Part shown: positions 49,171 to 63,551 of the stretch, piece after piece
How positions within the stretch are numbered: position 1 is the stretch's first letter
How the letters are laid out: each line of letters starts with the position of its first letter
DNA from: Takakia lepidozioides
Taxonomy: Eukaryota; Plantae; Bryophyta
Assembly (NCBI GenBank): GCA_030704615.1
Contig: CM060731.1
Span: 49,786,001 to 49,850,000 of the forward strand
Reading direction: 5' to 3'
DNA: 64,000 bases
Notes under the pieces: model-generated
Database searches by the model: none
What the model saw: the letters and a program-made list of their open reading frames with translations, nothing else
Told to the model about the DNA's origin: nothing
Made by a program: the position numbers and the translations under genes

Positions 49171-52100
49171 AAAATCCAAACAAAGGAGCTCATTCTCAAG
49201 CAAGCTCTCTAATCATGCAAGCCGTCTTTGACATGAACAAGATTTTTGGGAATATATGTGCATAGTGCCAAGAGGAACTGGAGGGTACTTTTCTGTAAGC
49301 TGCTTGTACAATTCATGCGCCAAGAAGTTGAGTTGTACGAGCCCGTGTTATTTTATCAATGGGGGACGAGAAGCCTGCACTCTTTGCACCACTGCTCGTG
49401 TCGGCCTTCCATTGATTGTGAGAAAACCAACTAGGTGTTTCCCAAAACAGGATATCCCCAATGGGCTAATGGGGCAAGCAATCCAGTTCTCCATCTCATG
49501 GGATGCATGCTAGCGTCTCTTTTTACTGGAGGAGGATAAGGGTTACAACCACACTCTTACATGACCATAAAGTGCACTTCTTCCACCAACATGATGGGCC
49601 AGGGACAATGTGGTTCCTGGATGGTGCTGATCCAGTTGAATGTGCGAAGAATTACATTTGTATACAGTCCGTCGGTTTCCCCTGGAGGGTGGGGGAGGCA
49701 TCATGGCCATCAATTGCACGGAGAGTCTCGGGGTCCAACATGGCCAAGGTGGATACCCCATCTTGGTAGGCTATTAGCTTTACATCAGGCCTCTAGCCTC
49801 TAGCCTCATTCCCCTCAAAGAGAAGACAGGGCTCTCTGCGGACACAGGAGCTCAGCTGCCATCCTTCTGGACCACAACACACTTGCCAAGCAATCGCACC
49901 CAGCCGGCCACGATACATCCACTGTTATCTTGACTCTCAGGACCATGTATGCATACACAGTTGAGCACACCCCAGCCCAAAACGTTGGTGCTGCTATCTC
50001 TGGATGCACGGCTCTCCTGTCTCAATGACGCAGCCCCATTGCTGGGGCCACTGCTGCTACCGAACATTGGATGAATTGCATGCATAGTTACCAACATTAC
50101 GCAGACGGAGGACTTCTGGATGCTAGTACTCTCTAATCTGTTCTCTTTCAGAACGGGTTTGTGGTGCCTTCATTTTCCCTCACAAGACTGGATATTACAA
50201 CCAAAGACAATGAATCAAAAGAGAAAACTCTCCTCTTCTTCCTTTATATGGGCCCTTGGTCTCTGTACAACACAATGACGCAGCTGATTGTAGGGTGTTT
50301 TCTGCTAGTCTCTGGACAATAGCATGTAGTATACGCCAATGCAAGCAGTATGAAGAGCAGTAGGGTTTATCAGCCACAAGGAAGACTAAGGCAACAATCA
50401 TGGCATGGGCGGCAAGCGGCAGTAGAAAAAGCAGCAAAGTGCACCGCTAGCCCTTCTGTACCCTGGGGGTGGTCCTTTTTAGCCTCCTCCACATCTGCGC
50501 ATCCTTAAGACTCTCCCGCCCCCAAAGCCAGCCTCCCTTCATTCTTGGAATGCAACCCTGACTTACAGGAATGGCTCACCCACAGAGATTAATTCCGTTG
50601 CAATTGTACCCAATAGGTGTCCTGGAAGACCTCTATCCAGACATTCCGTGGGAACTGGATATTCAGCAGTTGGATTTCTGCCAGAGGGAGAGAAGTCCAT
50701 GTGGTATGTGCCACATGGCGGATTTAGCAATGAAGTGATGGTGCTCAGGAATGCTCTGCTATTTGTAAAATTGTTGAATCGGATGTCAATATTTCCTCTG
50801 CTAAACACGGCTTGGCTTGAGAGTTTCCCCATAATCGGGTGCTGAAGCCGTGCTTGGTTTGGAACCACTTTTCCAATCTCATCATGATTTCCAGGTGTGC
50901 ATTTCGGTTTTTCCCTCATTTGCGATTTTCCTTCATGTTTCCAAGCTCTGCATTTAGCACAGTTTGCTGTGCTAATGAAGCTGAGAGAGGAGGGATGGAA
51001 AGAAATAAAGAAAGATACTGTCTAATGTCTGCATGGACAGAAAACGACAGAAAACCTCGTCAAAGAAAGAAACAGAAAGAAAGAAACTTATGGAGCCCAG
51101 AATGAGAGAAAGAAAGAATTCAATGGAACAAGAGTACAAGCAGAACAAGGAAGAACCATTGAAACAAAGACAGATATAAGGGGAAAAATGAACAACACAA
51201 ATTATTTGGTGAGCTCTGACTGCTCAAGAAACATACTAGCCTGGCTGCAGTGGCAGGGACATTTCAATGGCAGATATGGTCACCTTGTCGGGAATCTGCG
51301 CATCAAAGGTTAAGCCTATTGGTCTTCGATATGTTATTGCTCTCTGGTGTGGGGTGGACGTATCGGCCTCATATGGGGGTCCTATTTGCAATGAGTTGCA
51401 GAGAGTGTCTCTGTTCTCTGTATGAGGTTCTCTTGAAACTTGTGGGAAGTTGCTCAACCCGGTACCCCAATTGGACTGCACATCGACAGTTTGGACTCAC
51501 AGTGGAAAGTCGAAGCTGAAGGATTCGACCAGGCTGCATCAACGGAGCTTGCCTGATAGCTCGCGTGATCATGGGCTTGGTGATGGAGGACCCTTTGGCG
51601 ACTGGCAATCATGGACTTGTAATGACTGGTGAGTCATTACAAGCAGTGGAGATCGATGGATGTTGGTGGCTTGCATGGATGGAGCCATCAAAGACCCTTC
51701 ATGGAGAATTTGAAGGGACACCTTGAATGATTGGAAAATGGAGAAGGTGATGAAAATGGCAAGAAGAAGAAGAGGTAATGTCACCTCTCTTGGGCCAGGT
51801 TCTGCAGCGGGGTCTGCTCCAGTCTTGGCATTTGGTAGCATGTTCACTATGAGCTATAGAGGGGCGCAGACATACATAGATACTAAATCTCCTTCTGGAG
51901 ACAAAGACTGTGATGATCTGCTGCATGGCTGAAATTTCTTCCTTTCAACCAAGATGTCACAGCGGCGGGGAAATAATATGCTAGGTGCGTAATAGGGAAA
52001 CTTTTCTTTTGTGTGCAGCTTAGACTGCTGGATGGGCAATTTAAGAACCACTGTGTAGCAACATTTGGCACCCTGAGGGCAGAGCTAGAGAGATACCACC

Positions 52101-55100
52101 AAGCTCGAAAAGGGTCTAGAGAGATTCTGCCAGTATTTGTGAGACAGACCTTCCATCAAGGAACTGGACGGGAACATTCCTTCAGCAGATGGTGGATGCT
52201 ACCTTGTATCGTGTGTGCTGATACTTGATGGAGGCAACATTTTTTTTCAAGAGACTGCCAGAAAGATTCGAAGTTGGGAATGTAAATTCAGGTCAGGCAA
52301 TGTGTCTGGAGGGCTGGAAGGGTCCAGGGTGCCAGCAACGGGCCATGAACAGAGATCCCAGACCTTCTTCTACATATTCCCAGACATCCTTCTCTATGTA
52401 GAAGAAGTGGTCTGCAGTTGTACATCTCTCGGGTTTGTACGCATGAGTGGATCAATTGGACCTGAGAGTTACGTACTTTTGTCGAGATTGATTCGGGCCT
52501 TTCAGATCTCTTGCAGGAGTCAATTTGCTGCATCACTTGTCCAGAACTATTGAGAAAGAATGTGCTTGTCGTAAGCCGTTTGCCCCAGCCTTGTGGCCAT
52601 CGACCCAGCACGCAGTTGGGGCGGGAGGAGAGGGAACACACACAACGTTTTTGAGATGCTCACCGTGATAAATTGATGAGAAAGAGTAAGAGGGAGGGGC
52701 CCATAGATGCTGTGATGCCCAAGATGCCTTCCATTTGGGCATGTGGATCAGGGATAGGGACACTTTTTGAAGATACTTGAAAAGAATCCTTCTAAGTCTT
52801 TTCAATACTTGTGCTGTCTTCCTTTCAATCTAATTTGAGAGGTTAACACTTCCAACACAATCCTCCAACTGCATAACTCCCAACTTGCCAATCCAGGAAT
52901 TGTGTCTGTGGTATGCCTCTCTCTTGCTCTTCTGCCTGGCATGAATCCAACCAACTAGATGTTTATGGGACTCTCCATAGAGACTAGAGAGGCAAGACAA
53001 CACACTCAGATCAAAATCAACTACAAGAACTTACACGCATTTACTTCATCCACAACATAGCTGTGGTGGGTGGAAAAGTTCATCCAAGTGGAGGTTGATT
53101 GTTGATTCTCGTTCCTTCAAGGTGACAATCAAGTCATCCATCCAACCCTAATGCCACCAGTCCAAGTTGATAACGTAACTGGTTAGGTGGCATAACGGCC
53201 CAAGGCAGCGGCCAACAAGGTAACGGATCACGTCCGTTGAATCATTCCGTTCCGTTACTCCTTTTTCCTGATAGCAACTGCAAAGACAGAAAATATCCAC
53301 GGTACTTGACAAGACAGAAAAAACTGGATCAGTTCCATAAATGATTGGTTGTTGTGAATTGAATATCCAGATGTAATGTATAAGATGTTGATAAAAATGA
53401 TGGGCTGTAAGAATTCTGCTGTGCAGCTGTACACTGTAATGGCCTCCTCACAGACCCAACATTCAACTTGTCCAAATTTTGTTGAAAAGAGAGGGAACTG
53501 AGAAGAGAAGAAGTCAGAAGCGTAGATTGAAAGCTTCAGTTATCAGGCGAGTTGCGTGCTTCATAGATCCAGGGTGCAGAGTGAAGGAAGCAAAAGGAAT
53601 GACTGCAGGGAATGAATGTTCTTTCATCAATGAATGTTCCTTCATGAAAAGCCTGACTGGAGGTGGTTAAAATGCATGTGAGGCTCTTTACATGGCTTGT
53701 ACTCTCCCTACCCACTCCCAGAAGTCCTTACTGAATCCACCAGAGTGCCGTGAGGTAGAAACACCCAAATATGAGCAGGTCTCAAAATGGACCCCTATTT
53801 TTGGGGTGTAAAGTGGTCCCGCCTGCCCATAAATGGCGACCTTACTGCCAACGGGCTGATTTAGGTTCCTTCATGGGCATTGTGGGCCCCATGGTGCTTT
53901 GTTAGATGAACAAAAACGTACTGAATACTGTGACCAGCGTATTTGCCAAATGGAGGCCTTTTATAGGATACCTTTTGCTCATGTGGGCCGAGCTCTTGGG
54001 TGAGTTATTCGGCCATTTCAAGTGCACATCTCGTGCATATCAGGTCACATGTAGGCTTCATATTAGATAATATTTCAGTGAGTTATGGTACCCTCTATAG
54101 CTCAGGCATAGCATTTTTGTGCCCTGTCACTTTGATAATATATATCAATTAGCCACTTCGTCCAAAATTCATGCAATTCAAACCACAAGCTGTTTGTTCG
54201 ATTGCTCATCCAGTCATATAATTTTTCCCCTTACTGCACCAATTGTACGGGCATATCTGCTTAAGCGCTCACATTTGGGTGTAACTACCTTAAGTGCAGT
54301 TGACCTTCGTTTTGGCCCCCAGTATGGCATACCGTTTGTTCGCTTCCACTTATCAAGTTTGATCAGTTGCTTTGCATACACCAGTCACCAGTGCATACAC
54401 CAGGTAGCCAGGTAGACAGAGTCTGTTGGGGATGTGCAGAATGTCTTCACATCACGCTATAATGGACTCAACTGAAAGGGAATTATACTGAAAGCCCACA
54501 AGGACACGGGAGACAGTGAGCAGATCAGTTACAAGAGGCCGGTCCCCAACTTGAACTTACAAAGATGCCTGCACCAGCGGTTGTAAGCTGGGCCCAACCA
54601 TCAGGTGTGGGTCATGCCGTCATCCTCACCTTCAAAACTCAACCGATGAGAGGGAGATTTGAAGTGAATCCGAGTATGCTTTTGAAGTTACGAGGGCCTC
54701 GAGTCGCATAAGTTAGCCGCAGATCGAAAAGGCGCTTCATACCACTCAGACTACGAATGGTGGGGAGCATGGCGAATGATGGTAGGGTTGCTGGCAGCGT
54801 CAAAAAAGCTGCTCTTGGTCTCTAATAGAGGGGGACAGGGTCCTAGAAGAGCCCAGTGTACCTGTGATTGTCTGCAAGATATTGTGTGCATCGTGATGGA
54901 CAATTCTACAACAGGGTCCTTTTCCTTTCCCACTGTTGTACCACCACAGGACGTCCGACCACTTCATGAACCATCTGCACCCAGGAAACCCCAGAGTTAT
55001 CCTTGACAAAATGCTCATATAATTGACACTGTACCAGCCCCCCTCCATTAATTACTCCCTCTGCACCTGGTCCCCCCCTTCCACTTCCGTGTGCAACTAC

Positions 55101-55140
55101 TGCCTTCTGATTGTCCATCATGCGTCCACCGTCCAACAAA

Positions 55141-55173
<33 letters not shown>

Positions 55174-58100
55174 ATGTGGTGAGGCTTGTGTGCCTCATCA
55201 CCTTTTCCCTGAGCAACATGATTGTTCACAGAACGCTACTTAGACTCTCTTCTGCTTCTTCGTATTAACACCCTCACCACCAAATAGTATTCATCCCGCC
55301 ATACATCCATGAGACGGATGCGAGTCAAGGGGAGACGGCCGTGTCCGGCACCCCAACTAGAATCACAGGCTGCGCTGGACGGGCGTCCGTCAGCGCACGA
55401 AACGGACGAAAAGTCGTCCATACCGCCCCGTCGACGTCGATCGTCCGTCGGTGCCTGAACGTTAGGTGACGCGTCCATTTTTCAGATCCATCTCCAGATA
55501 CGCTACCCCACCAATACATACACGTACACGTACAGTATAGCAGGTACAGGGTGCCACCTTGGCCCTGCTAAATCCCGGGTACGCGTACCCGTTGGACGGA
55601 GGGGTGAAGGCGGCGGTGGATGAATGTACACGTCCGTCGCCGTCGTCGTCGCCAGGCTGTGCATTTATAGTCAAACCATCAATTTTGGGTTGGTACTAAT
55701 TACGGCCTCCTACTTACTAACTAACTTACTACAATAACTAACGACAACTGTTTTGTATCCACAAGAAGTTGGGTTTCGCCTTTTTTCATCCCATCTCATC
55801 TATGCATACATACATTTGAAGGAATTTGTAATTTATCTGCGATTATATAAATATTTTTTATAACTATTATTATTTGAAAGGTAAGGAAAAATAAATTTCA
55901 AATAAATTTTCCAGGGCTACAATCCCCCTGTTGATTAACAAAAACAATTATCATTACTGCAACAGTAAAGGGGTGGGTATTATTTAAAAATAATTTGTTT
56001 TTTGCTCCATTCAGGAGGCTCACTGACTGGGGTGTGTGTGCCTCTATGGTGTACCAACGGGGTTTTAATTTTTTTCCCCAAATAAACTTAATTAAACTCT
56101 CCCAGGGCCTCCGTCCCCTGTTCATTTAAAAAACAAAAAAAACAATTAAATAAAATAAAACAAATCGTATTGAATTGCTTTCCCCTCAATGGGTTGTGCT
56201 GGGAGCAGCATGCTCTGTAATATGCTGGAAATTTATCTTTTTATTTTTTTTGCTTCCAAGGAAACCTATTTCACAATTTTGGTTGGACATTTTTATAAGA
56301 AATGGTAAGAATTTCTCCGATCAAATATGGAAATACTGAACCCGCCGTACATTTAGGCCTATACTAGGTACTAGTATTTTGCATTAGATCGACCTCGGAT
56401 TTGAATTGCAAAGTGATGAATGAATGATGAATGAATGATGAATGAAAGTGCGGTAAGTAATGATGACGGAGAGATGACGGGAGGGGGAAGGGATTATGGA
56501 GAGTAATGAGAGACTTAACGACGGCACGTGCCGAATTAACTAACGGACGGTACCGACGAAGCCGTCAATGCACGCGCGCCCATTCCGAGCCCATCATCGG
56601 TCGTCACCCCCCTTAAGACTATATTAATCCTCCGCTTTGCCCTTTTCGCACGTGCCCCAATTATCCCATAACGGTTTCCGCCGCCTGGCCCGGGCAGACC
56701 CGATGAAACGGCGGCGCCGTGGATGAACGTACCCCGACCAGGACGGAGATGGATGGTTGACGCCGATGAGAGGACGTGGATATGGATGAACGGCATTAAA
56801 TGAACGGACGTAGAATTCAAATCAGGGATGTCCTTTTTCGCAGCAAGCTCACGAGTTCCACAGTGGCGTGATTAGCAGAGTGATTAGGGCAGAGCGAGTA
56901 CTAAGTACTTGGTGTCGTCCATCACTCTCGACACTAAGTAAGTACAAGTTCTGCTGCTCGTGCTATGCACTTGGCGAACCCTAATAAAAATCCCACGCAG
57001 ATGCTTGAGATCTCTCACAATTCTGAGCTCGGGGTGTCTCTGGAGTGTCTCTTCTCACATTATTGTGAAGGGGGATGAGGTGAATGCGGAGAAGGGGAGA
57101 GGGAGGGGGACAGAGGGGCGCCGACAGCACAGCGCCAAATGCAGCAGCTGCAGAGCGCGTGCTGGCCACAAAGCACACGCCCGCTTCGCTCTCTCCATCT
57201 AGACTCTCGACTCTCGCACACCAGGGACCACACACACACAGACACACATAGACACACACACATGTGTGGGATATGGAGGATGGAAAGCAAAGTCAGCCTG
57301 CTTAGCAGACAATGAAGGGGTGGTAAAGTAGTAAGTAAGAGTGTGATGAGAGTCGAGGAGCACATGTTGGGTGGGGTGTCAGGCTGCTGCGTGAACCAAA
57401 TCCGTGGACTCTACGAGAGCCTGCTAACCTAATTGGGGTAATGAATGATGCGAGATCGGAAGGTGCTGCGATGCTTTGATTTGAGAAGTTTGTGGATGGC
57501 GATGTTGGAAGTGGGTTGTATTCATCATTGTAAGAAAGATGATGGAAGAAGGACGGGATGGTGATCATGAAGGAGACCGACAATGACTATGTGAATGATG
57601 AACATACATCGCACTGGCTGTGGTTTCATGCTTGGCATAGATGGGAAGGATATGGGCATAGTGCTGGCATGGGCATGGTGTGGTGGGAAGATGGCATTTC
57701 CATGCAGCTCACTGGGCTAATAAGTAAACAAAACTTGGTGGGGAAAGTTTTGGTCCTGGACAGAGTCATAATTAGAACTTTTTAGGAGGAAAAAAAGGCA
57801 AGAGAACATTCTTACCGTGCAGTGTGTGAAAAGCTGATCTTCTGCTATCGCATTCAATTGTGAAACTGAAGGCAGGAAAGTTGCTAGCCTATGAAGCGAA
57901 TCAGCAAACTTGGAAAGTTCAAAGGTCTGCTCAAGTTCCATGGAGTATATAGGATCCATAGAATCTGCAAAGCTGAGAACGGCTTGCAAAACGGCTGCTG
58001 ATGAACGGCTGAACGTTGGAGGAGGCTGCTGCTTGAGCTGCAAGCAGGCATGCCAACAGACCCAACTTCTTGAACCACCACATCTCTCTTCCTGCTAAGC

Positions 58101-60511
58101 ACCTTTGGCTATTTAGACGTTAATTAGTGGGTCTGTTAGTATGTGCGATATTTTTCGTTTCTGAGTTTTCTAGATAACACGGGTCATTTTTCCCAGAACT
58201 GAGCTCCAATATTGAAACATAAAGGCCAAAGCACAGGACTCGCCTATGATTTGAAGGGGCGTGTAGCAGGAGCACCATAAAAGGTAATCAAAGTTGGAAG
58301 CTGACAATGTAGTTCATGATTACCCTTTGTGAATGGGTCCTTTTCACACACTCTCTATACCAAGACAACCGATTGAAGGTCAACATGTCCAACAAAACAA
58401 CTTTACACTGGGGATTGGCAATGACAAAAGTCTTTCGACAACCCAAGTATAGAGATGAGGAGAGCAACCCACTATATGATATTCACTTCAATATTGCAAG
58501 AGAGGATTCACAATCGCAAGATTCATCAATGCATACACTGAGAACTTGCTCGAATAGAAATAGAAACTAATAAGTGACACATGAGTGTCAACATAGAGAG
58601 TGAAGCTCCATCTAATTTTATGGGCATCATCTTTATCGGCGTGTAGAAGTAGAAATTGAGTCGGCAATCTTCCAAAGTTTTGTGGACTTGAGAGAAAATC
58701 AGAGGGCTGGGAATGCATCCCCAGATACTTCCATCCAGCGATGCTGAATTATAAACGTGGAGCCCTAGGAGGCAAGGAAAAAGGAGCTTTCTGTTGAGAT
58801 TTATACATTAGGAAAGTTGAAAGACCCAGCTCTTAAATAAGGAATGATTAAACTATAAAGAGTTTTAACTTACTTGGAGGTGGTCTTTATGATGGGATGG
58901 CCAAAAGATATGGTGATGTAATATCTTCGCTTCAGAATGAGTGGACTTGTAGTGTGGACTGGACCTATTTATTGACAAGCCCGAAGGTTGGCTATAATGG
59001 GACAAATAACTACCAATCGGACTACTATGTAGGCTGCATACACATGATTGTAAGCGACTTGTCTTGTGGAGGAGCGGCGAGAGCAAGTTCCTGTAGTCCG
59101 AGTAGCATAGGCATGTCAGGTGAAGATCTTCAGCCTTGTAAGCAGAGCTCGTTCATATCGTGCTCAGAATAATATGAGATCAAGATTGAAAGATGGGTTT
59201 CACGATGATTGGATGGTTCTACAAGATTTCTTTAATGGGACTGTGAACAGAACTAAATCCATCAATCTTGAGAGACTGAGCCCTCACTTCGATTCTTTGA
59301 ATGCACTTCAGTTGTGAGGGAGGCGGCCAGTTATGGTGTGTCTGGGCAATTTGGAGTGAGCCTATACATGTTATTGAATGGATTGAAGAGCACCAGCCTG
59401 GTTCATTCACACCAACAAACAATGACTTAATGATGAACTTATGATTCAGGATTTGGGGGTTTCAAGTTTCATCTTTCCAGAGTGTCACATGAAGCATAAT
59501 CTCTACTAGTTAGAAAGAGTGAACAAGTCGAATGCAATGATGCAGTAGTGGGTGAACAAGAGCCCTCTCTCTCTTGCACTCTCACAGCCAGAGACTGGAT
59601 GCAGGCTGGTGTGCCTTTGGACTATTGCTCAATCCACATACCCCCACTTGGCCTGCAGCATTGCAATATGCATCAATGCTCCTTCCTCGCACCCTGCCTG
59701 TCTATCTATCTATCTATCTATCTATGTGTTGTGTGCCTGTGTACCTGTCCATCTACCCACACTTACTGTCGGGGGCTTACTAACTAGCCACACTCACTCA
59801 GTTGCAACGATTGTCTAAGAATTGCAGTATTGATAGATCTTTCTTTAATTGTGACTCGGGAGGAAGCCCAGTAATGATCAAATCTCTCAACTATACAACG
59901 AAAAACTTATAACTGATAACAAGTCACAGGGATAAAGAGAAACGGAGGAATGGAAACAACGATGCACAGATGATACTTTGGTGGATGAAAGGGCTCTTTG
60001 TAAAGATACAACATAGTCTCTGTGCTTGCCCTAAAACCGAGGAAATTAAGGAACAATGACTGAGTAGTGAATGTGGCAAGCCTTGGCAGGTTTTACAGTA
60101 ACTGCTTGGAATGTCTTGGATAACATGTGCACCGTCAAAGCCCTGATGATTCGGCATGGCAATGTCTACACTTCGCATGCTTTTCAATTGTGCAAACTGG
60201 GATGTGTGAAACCTTAAATCATAGTTCGCGCTGAGAGAAACGTGAGAGAGAGATACAAGGTGTTGCTGTGAAGAGATTGAACAGCTCGGCTTTACAAACG
60301 AGGCACATGAAGATGAGCATGTATGAATTCACGCAACGCAAAAGTTAGCAGACTAGAGGGCCTGGACTCGGAAGAACAATGAGACAACATGCCAGTTTCC
60401 TGCTCAACTTATTTCTTGTGGTTGGAGGGAAAGCTTTCCTCCGATTGATGGAACAGCAGCTGAAGATCTACATTATATTAAACCACAGACTTCCGTGAGG
60501 AGAGGGACTCG

Positions 60512-60816
60512 TTATCTACAAAAATTGGCAGATTTGAATCTGAGAGGATACATGAAGGAGTTGGAATATTCAAACTGGACAATGCCTCCTTGCATCAGGG
60601 GCTTACCCCCGTTCACAAGGCAATCGTTGAATGCAACGCGAGTGAAGGTGTTGGGACTGGGAGGAGGAGACGATGCAAACCAGCCACAGTAGAGGTGGAT
60701 GTTTGACGGAGCACAATCAGACATACAAGTATTGACTATCTGAACACTGTACTGAGGGATGCCCGAAGAGCTATCGCGGCTCTGGGATATGCTAATGTCT
60801 TTGTTTGTGCACATAT
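60512..60816 (-). CDS. TPD1-like Cys-rich domain exon (copy 3; no obvious upstream exons of its own)
   Basis: CTNKDISISQ..GIPQYSVQIVNTC...C..SNIHLYCGWFAS..NDCLVNGGKPL..F.YSNSFMYPL; phase-1 acceptor tattgcag. Confidence 0.8.
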
Positions 60817-61287
60817 CTGCAATATACACCACAAAAATGGACAATCCATTATTCCTCGGACCATCACATGTATACTATACACCCTTCCCCACAGCATGAA
60901 CACTAGTTAGCTTGTTTCTACACATGGGTGTGACGCCATGTTCTATGTGCAATGAAAGCTAGACTTCACTACTCAAATTTCATGTAAAGCATCACTCCTG
61001 AATGCCCAGGTGTCTCTGCCTCTTCGATACATATAAGAAGGAAGAGGTCCGAGCTGGTCAGAAGAAACCAGGGTCTATGTGAGGCCATAAATGAGAACTC
61101 GAGGAAAACAAGTTTCAGCATCAAGGAGCTGAAAAGGATTGTGACGAGGCCAGCACTGAGCTGCCAGAGACAGCGTTTCATGGAGTGGTAGTATGAACGT
61201 AACAACCACCCTCCATGCTACTACTACCAACAAGGAATCGTACACGAAATGCAGACCTCGGTCAAAAATTGCTTTCTTTACATCGCT

Positions 61288-61884
61288 TTATTTGCAAAAA
61301 CTTGCTGATTTGAATCTTAGCGGGTACATGAACGAATTCGCGTATTCGAACCTCACAATGTCTCCATGCCTCAGAGGCTGGCCGCCATTCACAAGGCAGT
61401 CGTTAAATGATATACGCCTAAATGTATTAGGATTGACCAGCAAGGCTGACGCAAACCAGCCACAAAACACATGGATGTCTGAGGGAGCACATTCAGACAT
61501 GCAAGTGTTGACTATCTGCACAACGTATTGCGGTATGCCAGAAGAGCCATCACGGCCCTGGAAAATGCTAATATCTTTGTTTGTGCACATATCTGCAATA
61601 ACGCCACGTGCACAATCATTATTCCTTTGAACACCCACAGATTCCAGTCTCCACAATGAGATATAGACATGGCATCAAGCCCTCTTATTCCAAAGCCCAT
61701 CTCTTTCACCGTAACACATACAGGGAGGATATGGAAAACTTACTATCTAACATTCGACGGTTTGAATATCTGGTCGATATGCCAGCAATCTGCGCCTTCA
61801 CTTTTGAGGTGAGCACAGGGTCTTCCAATGATCGAGTTGAAAGTTTGTGGTCCTCCCCTGCTGACTTGTATCTCCTCTCCAACC
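61288..61884 (-). CDS. TPD1-like protein copy 2; exons 61884-61744 and 61592-61288 (signal-peptide exon not identified)
   Basis: Pro-region ending YSNRRMLD spliced in frame to CTNKDISIFQ..CGWFASALLVNP..NDCLVNGG; GT-AG intron. Confidence 0.85.
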
Positions 61885-62599
61885 CTGCATTCGAGCAAAC
61901 ACAGAATGTGAAGATTGAAGATTTACATGTGCAATCCTATGTACAATAAAAATACAGGCTGGCTGGTCAGGTAAAGATGGATCAATTTGAAGAACAGAAT
62001 CTGCATAGACTTTGCACAAAGTTTCCTAAATGGCACCTGCAGGCATTTATTCCAGGTTCAAGACTGTCATCTTCTAAGGCCATGTCTGGATAAGTACCTA
62101 GTAAGTTGTCGAAGGCTTTGAATGAAGTTCAGATCGGAGTACATTTCCATGGTCAACGGACACACCAACGAGACCGACGAGTAGGCCAGGGTTCACTGTA
62201 TCCAAGGAAATCCAAGACATGCATTCGATTGGGACTGGAGGCGCTAACAACCAAATGGAGGACGATGGCCAGAAGTTCATGGTGGAGGTTCAGACGTAAA
62301 CGTGCTGCTGGGCGACCATTTGTTCAGGAATTCAGTTTGCTGTAAATAACAATCCCTGGTTTCCTTCGAGCGATTAATCTACCAACCAAACTGCGTGTAC
62401 CTTTCCAGAACCTCAACTATGTGAGAACCAGGAAGAACTCAACCACCAAACTGGCTGTTAGCGTTCAGTACGTTTAAGAGTCCAATCCGCTCGATGCGGA
62501 TACTGCAGGTACGAACATCCGAAACATATTTGCAATGTAATATTGGAGAAGAGACATAATGGCCTGGAGAACAATGTCAAAGTAACTGTCTTTATTTCA

Positions 62600-63551
62600 T
62601 TACCGTTTACATGTGAGAGCGGATTCTACTCTCAGGTTATACTGAAAAGAATTGGCATACTGGAAGGTTATGCTATCACCGTATCTGATTGGTTTGCCAT
62701 CGTTGACAAGACAATCATTGTACTTAAGCCGCCTGAAAACCATAGGATTGACTAATTTGGCTGACGCGAACCATCCACACGCGATATGGACATTGGAGAG
62801 AGGACACCCTACAGTGCAGAGGTTGAAGATCTGAACACTAAAAGTTGGAATGCCGTTGGGGAGAGGGCCTGCCGGACCCTGAGATATGCTTATGTCAAAC
62901 TTTGTACACATTTCTGCAAATGCAAACCAATCTAGAAACCATCAGGCGTCTGGAAAATGAGTCAGTTCAGGAGGTTCTTGAGAGGTTCTGGTTTCTTATC
63001 TAGAGCAGTTTACAAACTGGATAGTTCAGCTGGCTCGGCCAAAATATAATTATGTTGAAACAAATTTGAATGAGGAAGGAGGAACTCACCACCATCTAGC
63101 AGTCTACGATTTGAATACTTTGTTTTTCTCAAAAAATTCGGTGCGTCTTCAGCGCGAAGTAAGCCGTTACTCATATTGCTGCTTGAATTGAAAACTTGTT
63201 CAAGAGACTCAAGTACCTCCTCCAAACCTGCAATGCCATTGCAAGCGATTCACGCGATCAGGAACTGTAAGTTGTACATAATTCAATGATAAGTGATGGA
63301 ACCACGCGCTGGTACTACAAGTACCCCTTCCTAGCTTAATCCGATGTGCTTTCGAACGACTTTCATTGCAAGAGCGCATGACAGCGCCATGAGATGAGGA
63401 CCTCTTCCTCATAGATCACAAGAGGCACTGGCAAGTGCGAACCTGTGTGGTTGTCGGCGCAGGCGATGAGGGGAGATATAATAAGCATTGGACACAGGAG
63501 CGTGACGAGAACCACCCGTGATGATAATATCCGGCCGCAGATGGCACTCAT
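62600..63551 (-). CDS. TPD1-like secreted Cys-rich peptide ligand; exons 63551-63443, 63227-63090, 62913-62600 (186 aa)
   Basis: Hydrophobic signal peptide, NRRLL dibasic motif, domain CTKFDISISQG..PNGIPTFSVQIFNLC..CGWFASAKLVNP.VFRRL.YNDCLVNDG; consistent phase-1 GT-AG introns. Confidence 0.9.

Noticed and set aside
49400-52800. Possible decayed L1-like LINE
   Set aside because: Only a faint peptide hint (FFQETARKIRSWECKF); no RT or endonuclease motif I can support.
55300-56830. GC-rich GACGG-motif blocks as a DNA transposon
   Set aside because: No terminal inverted repeats or TSD could be delimited by eye.
60969-61205. Hydrophobic ORF as first exon of TPD1-like copy 3
   Set aside because: It starts ~100 bp after the copy 2 stop, lacks a convincing phase-1 donor and lacks the NRRxL pro-region.
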